From Podarcis cretensis (lineage: Eukaryota): DNA of 64,000 bases. Positions within the stretch are counted from its first letter, which is position 1. Each line of letters opens with the position of its first letter. A program made the translations under genes and the position numbers. The notes beneath the pieces were generated by a model. It ran no database searches. It saw nothing but the letters and a program-made list of their open reading frames with translations, and was not told the origin of the DNA. This document shows, piece by piece, positions 55,701 through 64,000 of the stretch. The stretch spans positions 33,356,001 through 33,420,000 of the forward strand of contig OX638151.1 of assembly GCA_951804945.1 (NCBI GenBank). The letters are read 5' to 3'.

Positions 55701-58700
55701 GTACTTGTACAGGGAGAATGATCCAAGAAGTTATGGTAAGATAGAAGGGGAAGAAAAGTTAGTACAGCAGGATGCTTAAGTACCGTAAATGCTTCCATTT
55801 CCATTTATTTGGGGTAGGTAACCTTACACCTGCACTAATACCTGTGTAGGTGTTTGAGACTGTGCTTCAATGATTGGGGGGGGGGAGATTTTGAGATCTG
55901 CTTTGAGAAAAACTCACGTAGATAACTGAATTCTAGCACTAAGCAGGAAAAAGGAAAAGATCACTTCATCTAACCCTAATAATTCTGCTGTTGTTTATCC
56001 ATTTTTTGTAAGATTGACAGAACCAAATTATTTTCAGGTAAATCAAAATTGGCACCAATTAAAAGCTTACCTCTTCACCCAGTTTTGCATGGGACTGATT
56101 TAATACTGAACTGCAAACTAGTTGTTGTGAAGCTGTTGTACTAATATATCCTTCTTGCTTTTCAAATAGTTTTCAATTTATTTTTATATAGCTTTATTGT
56201 TTTTTCTAACCTGCTCTAGGATTAAATAACTGATCCTAGGTTCTGTAAATAAATAACCTACTTTCTGATACTAGGAACATACACTCAATATTCTATAAGC
56301 ACTCAATATTCTAAAACATTTACAAAGAAAAATATACTCATTTCTTGTGATAATGTAATCTTCGCACTTCACTCAGGACAGGGAGTGGTAAATATATATG
56401 CCAACATAATTTATAATCTTTTGTTTCCTCTTCTCATTGTTATTTACAGTGCAGATCTTAAATGTCAATGGTGACTATACCGATTGGATTAAGTTTTACC
56501 AACCCAAATAAACATATATATTATTACAACTAGTGTTGTGATCAAGGACTGGGTTTTTCAAAAAGTGTAGTTGTGTTTGTGATTTTATTGTATTTATGCA
56601 GGTGTTATTGTTAACTGCTTCAGGAGTCTTTTTTGGCAGAGAATTATTCTGTAAGTTTGAGAAAATAGCAATAAAAATTTCCATTTTATTTATGGAAAAA
56701 TAAGCAGAACCTAAAACATCTACGAATCACAAGTGGTAGGCCAGAATAAAATAACAATAGATTTCCAAGTCAATCATGCTGCTGTACTAGAGTCTCCATA
56801 GTCTCCCAGCTATTTAGGGCACACGGTACAATAACTTTTTCATAATTTTGTTCTTAACCCTGAGAGAATGAGTGTCTTTGTCAGATTACAGCTGAAATGG
56901 TTGTAAGGCCACCCAAAAATGTCTTATACGAGACTGAATCAACAATGATACACAATATTTAATGGGCTATATCGTGGATGGGGATCCTGTGACCCTCCAG
57001 GTGTTGTTGGGCTTTAACTCCCATCAGCATAGCCATTGGTCAGGGATGATGGAAACAGTAGTCCAGCAATGTCTGAAGAGCCACAGGTTCCACATCCCTG
57101 GGTTATATCAATAAGTTAATTTTAGTGAGGAATCTTCTTTTACTCACCTGCCATCTTGTTTTTGAAATATATTAACCTCACTGTTTCTAGTCCAAGAACG
57201 TTCAGCGATCCTTCTGTGTTCAAAGGACGTACCTGAAAGCACATGAGTTATGAGTAGCTTAGTAAATATTGGCTTTAGTAAAATATTTCTGAAACTCAAA
57301 GGCTAATGATGCAGAACAATAATTAACAACAGTCTTAAAAACACACACTCTGAAACTGATTAGTGAATTAGTGTTGAAACCTTTGCTAAAAACCTGGAGT
57401 CATTTTACCTAAGATCTGAGATAGTGTATAATTTTTTCATTTTCATTTGTTCATAATATTAAACAGAAGTTCACAAGGTGTTTTTCAATGGAGGAAATGA
57501 TGCAGTTTGAATTAAAAAAAAAAAAGAAATTAAAAACACAATGATCAGCTAAAGCCTTACGAGTGATCATGCAATAATTCTCAATATAATAATTTTAAAA
57601 ATTACTGGTGTGTGAGAATTTCAGGGGGAGGAAATAACAAATGATAAACACAGATAGGGAATTCTTTTATAAGTTGCGTTTGACTGAATATGCTAACAGG
57701 TTGAAACACTCTTAACTCTCGTTGGAATCTATCCTATGGAATGGTTTGCTCTTCAGCTATTTACCTTCTTGAGGGGGATAGTCTGAATCCACTCCATGGA
57801 GTTCACATCAAATATATCAACGGCATTTTCACTGTATACTGAGAGGTATGGGGCATTGTAACCTGAGGAGAAATAAAATACAAGTCTGAGTAACAGATTG
57901 TGTTGAAGGTTAGAAAAGAGTCACTTCTCAATATACAGACTCTGTAGACAGCTTAACATTGATAATTTCTTTATTATCCTTCTAATGACTGTGTAGAAAA
58001 TGGTAAGATTTATTTTATTTTTTATTCTGAACAAAAGGATCTTTGATTATTACTGGGAAGCAAGACAATATTTACTAATCACATTCCTTCTGGTTTAATA
58101 TTCATCTCAATTTCCCAGCTATTGATAGCATTTTGAACCGGTAACTTTGCCTCAGTTGGGGAGGACCCACCTTAGTTCTGTGACTGCAAGTTGTTTCAAA
58201 CTTATTTTATTTTATTTTTTAATTGTTGTAACTCACCCTGGAACCTTAGGTTGAAGAGTGGGTAATTCTAGAAAGCAGGGTCTTGCAACAAATATTACAA
58301 GTGTATTTGAAAATCTGGGTCTGTGAATATACTTTCCAGGTGTAAAAAATGAACTGTACAGTGTAATGTCGTGGGACCCACAGTTGTTAAGGTTCCCATT
58401 AACTTTGGTATACCACTGGTGAGAAACAGTGTTGCTGGTAGTGGATGCTCTTGCCTAGCAGTAACGTATGCCTAATACCAGGGGGGACTGTTTTATGTGT
58501 ATGGTGCCATTTGCTTATTACCATTCATATCAAGCAGCTTTAGTCATGACAACTACAAGCCAGTGCTATGAACAGGACTACTTATGCTAGATACATAGTT
58601 CTAGAAGCAACACACAGCCATATTCTGCCATGAAACTCTTAATCTCAGGGTTGTGGGTTTGAGGCCCACACTGGGCAAAAAATTCCTTCATTGCATGGGG

Positions 58701-61700
58701 TTAGACTAGATGACCGCCGTGGTCTCTTCCACCTCTACAATGCTAAGATTCAATGATCTGGCCAGGTATGGCACTTGCCTTCCAATGCAGAATCAAAAAA
58801 CAGAATCTGACTCTGGTTTCTGACTCTGGTTTGGAGGACAACTGCTAACCAAAGCCTGCCAAATGAAACACTGTGAGTGGCATTCAACTAAATCTACTTA
58901 AAGTGGACCCACAAAAATTATTGCTCCTAACTTAGCCGAGTTTATTAATTTTACTGGATCTACTCTAAGTATAACCAAATTGAATGCAACCCAGAGTTAA
59001 ACTACAACTAACGATGAACAGAAAATGGGAGAGAGAATTTATAGTGGGAGGGAGAGAATGGTAAGGAAGAATGTGTACATCTGTGTCTTGTTTATGAAAA
59101 CATTATTTTAAAAAGCTATTTCTTACAAATGTCTTTTGTGCATTACGCCCCCATGTAGCCTGTTGATGATGCCATCTTACAGAAAAAGAAGGGAGTAACT
59201 ACCTGAATATTATCCCAATGTTGCATGTGTTCTCTCAAACCAGGAGGAGAAATGAGGCTACTTTGAACTAACATAATGAAAGGAACTTACAGGAAGAGGA
59301 AGGAGTTGCAGGCCACATCAGTTCCTGTTGCCTTGATCTTCGACCTTGGCAGTCCACATAAACCCCCACGCTGCTAAAACACAGCAGGTATTCCTTATTC
59401 GAGATCTCAACTGCACAGATGGCATCAGTTGGTTGCTGTGCAATGAACGACAGTGTGTGATCATCTGGGTGAAGCAAACTATGTGGGTTTCCTTCTCCAT
59501 GCAAAGGGTATTTTAAGAATCCTGACTGGTAGCCCACACAGAGCCGCTCACTAAAGATTGCCATCCACTGGACATTCCCAGCCACTTGGATTTCTTTAAT
59601 CTTTTTGTGACGTGTCTTGCTGTGATTTAGTTCATAGCAGAGGACCTGCCTTTTCATTGCCACACACAGGCAGGTAAGGGCTCCATGGCGCACTTGCCCA
59701 GAAACTATTGTCTGGCAACCTTTAGTCTCTGCCAGTTTATAAAAATCAGTCTCTCGTCCGTCCAGGGCTGTCATAGGGAATAGCCGTACATGACGGTTTC
59801 GTCCTGAGATCACTGCAATTAGCTGCTCATTGGGGATGAGCTCAATCTGATGCACTTTCTTATTGTCACCGACACGAATGATCTCTGCAAAAATTAAACA
59901 CTTAAGTTAGTACCCATGCAAACAAGCAGTTCTTCCTTTGAGATTTTATCTTGTGCTAAAGCCCCAATGCAAACTATTGCTTGTGTTTTTTATTTCTCCC
60001 TCTCATTTTGCTGGAACTGTATGAAGACAGACATGGTGTTTTTCTCAAGCCACCATAGTCTCATCTTTCAGCAACCTTTTTCTTCCAACTTATTTCTTAT
60101 GGCTTTAACAATAATTTTCTGCTTCAATCCTTATTGCTGGGATATGTTATGCCTCACTTGCCATAATCAAGACGTAGGGAATCTTTTAAAAAAAAGAAAA
60201 GAAAAAGTTGAGAGCCTGCATTCCCTCATGGGTAATCTTGTCACAGGCCAGAACCTATAATGCAGAGAGATGCTAGGGTTCTGAGGACCCATGGGGTGAA
60301 GCTTCATCCCTGGCATTTGCGGGTAGCCATGTAGAACGTTAATCTTATTTATCCCAATTCAGGAAGTAGTTATTGAGTCTGGGTTCTAGTCCGCCAACAC
60401 AGCACAGATTGAAAGGCTTTCTTGGTAGGCGGAAAGAACTGAGAACAGTTTGACTTGTCAACTTCATAATCATGAACTAATAAAAGACGGCACTAGAAGG
60501 AGCTGACAGAACAAAATGTGCAGTTTATTATTTCAACCCCCGACATTTCAAACATAAGCCATGTTCCCTTACCATCCTTGGTGACATGAACCACAAATAA
60601 CCCTTCTTCATTGCCCAGAGCTATTCTTTCGTGATCTGCAGCAGTTAAAAGAAAAGAAGAGGGTGGGTGGGGAGGAAGTCCAATTGGAGGCACATGGCTA
60701 ATAAGGAAGACAAATGATAATCGGATAGCAGATCAACAGGCTAATGATTAGAAAATAATACTTACCATTCACTTCCATATATCACTTTTAAGAATTAAAA
60801 ACAACATTTTCCCCAATTTCCTAGTGTAATAGAAACACTGTAAGCACACTTAGAACCCACAGCAGTGCTGCTATAGAGGGTTAGGATTAAGTGCAGGTGT
60901 CCCTCTATACAGGGTGGGATCTGTGGCTGTTGAGGTTCCCGCTGTGCCCACTGAAAGAACAGACAGGTGAGAAACTATTGCTGGTGGCGCGCCATGAAAC
61001 AGGCAATTTCTTTTGAGGGAGTGGGGATTTATCCATTGGATCCTAAGCCAGACCATTTTCTGGAGAGGGATCTGGTATCTGGCCTACTCTGCTGCACTAC
61101 CTGGCATAGCAAAAAAGAAAAGATGGGGGAAAGCACCCACTCAACTTCCATTAAGGTAGAGTCAGGTATTATTGTGGGGTTATCAAGCACATACCTATGA
61201 TTGCTGCCGCCTGGGTGGTTTTAATGAGGGGCAAGGTGCTGTCATAGGCCTCTTTGGGAACATAGACTGAGCGATCTTTGAGCTTGTTCTTCTTTAAAAT
61301 CCTGTGCAGTTCATTTAGGACTCCTACCCACTTGCTCTTTTCATTCTCGCTGTCAGCTAGGATCAGGATTGAACACTTGTTACTGCATGCTGATAGCTGG
61401 GAAGCTGTAACCTGGAAAAAGTAAAGACGTGTGTGTTTTTGTGCAATGTAAAAGACGGCACACATGAGTTAGGGAGGAAGGAGATAAATATTCAAAATAA
61501 ACCAATGCAAAGAAAAACAGATGCCTTGACGTTTATGATCTGTTGAATACAATCTGTGCCTTGCTTATAGTCGATCAGTTGAGGAACCCAGCATTACAGA
61601 CACATTTCAAGGGGAACTAGCGAGAGTTAGTGTGGCATTGCATATAGAGTGGTTTGGGAAGTTCAAATCTCTGCTTAAGTAGTGCTGAATCTCACTGGCT

Positions 61701-64000
61701 GATCCTGGTTCAGCCAGCCTCTCTCAACTTGGCTTATCTCACAGGGTTGTTGCAAGGCAAAAATGGGAAGGGCACAACCATGGATTGGATCCAGATTTTG
61801 CCTCCCATGAATGGAAGTGGTCCTGTTTTCTAAGAAAGTCTTCTGTTACAGTGGAGGCATCTTGCTGATGAGACAGGCAATTTTTGTTTCTCTCTCTCTC
61901 TACCCCCCCCCCCAGCAGCCCCCTATGCCACCCAAAAATCTGCTTCGTATGGTCTGAATATCCTTTGGAATAGTGTGGAAGGTGGTGCCTGGGGCAGCAG
62001 AGGGAAGGTAAAGGCAAGCAAAATTACCTCCCTCATTCTCTTCTATCCGTGAGAACATACTGAGCTTCTAGTGGCAAAATTTGCTGGGATAAAAATCTAA
62101 TTGAAAAAAATTAGCCAATAACTATCAGGCAAAGCTTTCCATTTATTCTAAGTTAAATGTTTGTTCCCTTCAGACTAGCTCAGGGACAGTACCATTTCCT
62201 AGACCATTACAAATTAGTATGTTGTGACATTTTCATACTTCCTCCTAGTGTCCAGGGTTTGGATGAAAAAGACATGAAATTTCAAGGAGCACTTGAAACC
62301 ACAAAGAACAATGAAGGTATTTTTGATAATAAATGAAATGGAAATAAAAATTAAACAACAGTATTGGCTCCACTGTACTTATAAGCAACAGATTACAACT
62401 TTAACATGTATTACTTACTCTAAAGATACAGGGAATATCTTTTCTATTTGCATGGATGACATCAGAAGCCAAGACAGAACTCACTGAGAATTCTTCATCC
62501 CTTTTTGAAAAACAACAATGCAAAAAATGTTTATCAGCAAACTGAAGTGCACTTCTTTTATAATTAACTTTTGAACAGTATCTATTCAAATTATAGTGGA
62601 AGTGCATATCAACACAAAGTGATTTTTATCTTAAAAAGGTAACCTCAAGTCATTTAGGAAGAGAATGCCAACCAATTTCATTTCTTTTATTTTTATGTTA
62701 TTTCTGTAGACTATATTCTTTTCTAAGCAAACATGTACTATCTGCTTTTTTTTTGGGGGGGGGTAGTCTAATATCATGGCACAATGAAAATATCAGATTC
62801 TGTCTGACATTAATCCGGAAGTACCGATCGCACTTGTAATTGGTAGCACTTGCAGTCTCTTACATTAAAAAAAGACACTTCCTACCTCATATCAAGAACC
62901 TGACTCACTACCACACTGGGCTGGGATGCTTTTCCTTCTGCAATATCATAAAGGAAGAGCTTGAAGTCACAGACAACAGACAGTGCTCTTTGCCAGCCTT
63001 TCTTCACTCCAGCTGGTTTTGGGACCTGTAACAAAATTAATGGTACTGATATTCAAATGTAAAGAAAGAAATGTAAAAATAAAAAAATAAATCATTCCAT
63101 TAATTAGTTATTAGAAATGCCCTGTATATTCTCAATGTATAACCAGCAGGTCATTCAGGAGCATGCCTGCATTGCAAAACCAAATGGGTTTAATTAGTGT
63201 GGCTTTCTACAAGAAATTCTATGAGGTTGCTGAGATCCTTTGCCCTTTCTCAGAACTGCGGCTTCTGCAGTTCCTTTGGGAAATACCATGGCAGTCAAAT
63301 CGGAATAGGTTTGTAGTGTGCATCTTTTTACATGAGTCAAAAGTCTGAGGAAACCTCCATGCTTTCATTCAGAAGGGCAGGCCTCTTTGAAAACATGCCC
63401 TTACTGCAAGATTATTTCAACTCAGTCACATCACCTAGAAACCCAGGGAAAGTTACACCACACTTTTTGCGGGTTGTGTGCCAAACTCTATTTTATAAAG
63501 GCTTGTTCTCTCTCTGTCAGGCCCAGCCTGGCTTGGCTGGCAGTAGCCCCGCTCCTGAAAGCAGTCTGGAATAGGGTAAATTACACCAGCATAATCCACT
63601 CCTGTGTATATGGCTTCCTATAATTTGGATAGCTGCAGAAATGTTTAGTGCGCATTATACTTAGCTTGAAGTAATAATATGCAATAAAAATGTGGGGATG
63701 GTAAAGTTTAGAACAGAGTAGTTCTTTTCTTATTCACACACTCAGAAAAAAATATTATATAGAAAATGAAAAGCCAAGATGATCATCATTCCAATATAAA
63801 ACAAATTGTTTGATGCTGAATTATAAATTATTGTAAAAAAACTACAATCAGACCATGACATTCAGTGTTCCTATACTTACTCGGACATGGCCTTCATAAG
63901 CCGTTCCTATGCCTTTCTGTGGGTCAATACCCAAAGGGCCCTTTGTCTGTTCAGGTGGAATTGGACACACCGCTGGTGCCTTGTCTGCACAAGTCACATG
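40632..64000 (-). CDS. CDC42BPA: CDC42BPA / MRCK-alpha, 5'-partial: complement(join(40632..40763,42396..42553,43377..43494,[alt 48771..48956],53560..53677,54947..55070,57148..57232,57765..57862,59291..59884,60573..60635,61195..61411,62419..62500,62886..63025,63881..64000))
   Basis: In-frame GT/AG exons encode the end of C1, PH, CNH, CRIB ([14 protein letters not shown]) and the Ser-rich tail ([22 protein letters not shown]), matching MRCK-alpha. Convergent with COQ8A, as in human. Confidence 0.97.
42396..42553 (-). CDS. CDC42BPA: CDC42BPA exon: [53 protein letters not shown]
   Basis: cctag|GA...GAG|gtgggt, 158 nt. Confidence 0.95.
43377..43494 (-). CDS. CDC42BPA: CDC42BPA exon: [39 protein letters not shown]
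   Basis: ttgcag|AAC...GCAA|gtaagt, 118 nt. Confidence 0.95.
44140..44580 (+). mobile_element. L2-clade LINE 3' fragment
   Basis: Similar to the reverse complement of 16610-17200; ends aataaataaaaataataa. Confidence 0.75.
46090..46850 (-). mobile_element. L2-clade LINE fragment (post-RT ORF2 region)
   Basis: ORF 46548..46883: [11 protein letters not shown]...[13 protein letters not shown]...[11 protein letters not shown]...[12 protein letters not shown]. Confidence 0.85.
48771..48956 (-). CDS. CDC42BPA: CDC42BPA alternative cassette exon with second CRIB motif: [62 protein letters not shown]
   Basis: Long pyrimidine tract, gatag|CCA...AGG|gtatga; 186 nt, phase 0-0, stop-free; ISxPxNFxHxxHM motif. 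Confidence 0.88.
48961..49051 (-). repeat. CT-rich low-complexity tract (GA-rich on +)
   Basis: agagaaagag/agagacag units; acts as the polypyrimidine tract of the cassette exon. Confidence 0.9.
53560..53677 (-). CDS. CDC42BPA: CDC42BPA CRIB exon: [39 protein letters not shown]
   Basis: ttgcag|G...ATG|gtaagt, 118 nt; canonical CRIB motif. Confidence 0.96.
54947..55070 (-). CDS. CDC42BPA: CDC42BPA exon: [42 protein letters not shown]
   Basis: cctag|AG...AGGAG|gtcggt, 124 nt. Confidence 0.93.
56975..57100. mobile_element. Older related hAT MITE; similar decayed copies at ~13925-14042 and ~22722-22822
   Basis: ccctccaggtgttgttgg...actcccatca...gggatgatgg...tagtccagcaa core related to the 28019 element. 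Confidence 0.6.
57148..57232 (-). CDS. CDC42BPA: CDC42BPA CNH exon: [28 protein letters not shown]
   Basis: ttcag|GTA...GCAG|gtgagt, 85 nt; absent from the ORF track. Confidence 0.95.
57765..57862 (-). CDS. CDC42BPA: CDC42BPA CNH exon: [33 protein letters not shown]
   Basis: ctcag|GT...AAG|gtaaat, 98 nt; absent from the ORF track. Confidence 0.95.
58628..58756 (+). mobile_element. tRNA-Lys-like SINE with CR1-type tail; tail-only copies at ~6650-6702, 6832-6892, 22320-22370(-), 23385-23430(-)
   Basis: actcttaatctcagggttgtgggtttgag (tRNA-Lys-like) followed by gactagatgacc...ttcca..tctacaat...gattc. Confidence 0.65.
59291..59884 (-). CDS. CDC42BPA: CDC42BPA large CNH exon: [21 protein letters not shown]...[13 protein letters not shown]
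   Basis: ttgcag|AG...TCCT|gtaagt, 594 nt. Confidence 0.96.
60573..60635 (-). CDS. CDC42BPA: CDC42BPA CNH exon: [21 protein letters not shown]
   Basis: gcag|AT...GATG|gtaagg, 63 nt. Confidence 0.95.
61195..61411 (-). CDS. CDC42BPA: CDC42BPA PH/CNH exon: [20 protein letters not shown]...[11 protein letters not shown]
   Basis: ttccag|GTT...ATAG|gtatgt, 217 nt. Confidence 0.95.
61630..61770 (+). mobile_element. Old CORE/MIR-like SINE fragment
   Basis: gttcaaatc...ctcactggctgatcctgg...tctctcaac...tatctcacagggttgttg. Confidence 0.45.
62419..62500 (-). CDS. CDC42BPA: CDC42BPA PH exon: [27 protein letters not shown]
   Basis: aaaag|G...AGA|gtaagt, 82 nt. Confidence 0.95.
62886..63025 (-). CDS. CDC42BPA: CDC42BPA PH exon: [47 protein letters not shown]
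   Basis: tacag|GTC...ATGAG|gtagga, 140 nt. Confidence 0.95.
63881..64000 (-). CDS. CDC42BPA: CDC42BPA exon cut by the window edge, C1 end: [40 protein letters not shown]
   Basis: ...CGA|gtaagt donor. Confidence 0.94.

Overview
Vertebrate genomic DNA, most likely from a squamate and probably a lacertid lizard (inferred from Squam3-like SINEs with (CTT)n tails and reptile-type L1, L2, CR1, hAT and Penelope repeats). Two intron-rich genes converge tail-to-tail. On the + strand is COQ8A (ADCK3): 12 coding exons equivalent to human exons 4-15, 1658-32208, with a poly(A) signal near 33297; its 5' end lies outside the window. On the - strand is the 3' part of CDC42BPA (MRCK-alpha), covering the end of C1, PH, CNH, CRIB and the C-terminal tail: 13 constitutive exons, 40632-64000, with a ~4.3 kb 3'UTR. 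All exons were delimited by hand from GT/AG sites and join in frame. Main highlights: (1) an in-frame 186-nt cassette exon encoding a second CRIB motif, missed by the ORF track and preceded by a ~110-nt AG-free CU-rich tract; (2) a 98-nt TSD-flanked Penelope-type insertion that is essentially a minimal hammerhead ribozyme in the sense strand of a COQ8A intron; (3) an inverted SINE pair bracketing the symmetric exon that encodes the COQ8 KxGQ motif; (4) a candidate recursive-splice/poison-exon site; (5) several young retrotransposon insertions with unusual junctions. Most ORFs in the supplied track are spurious.
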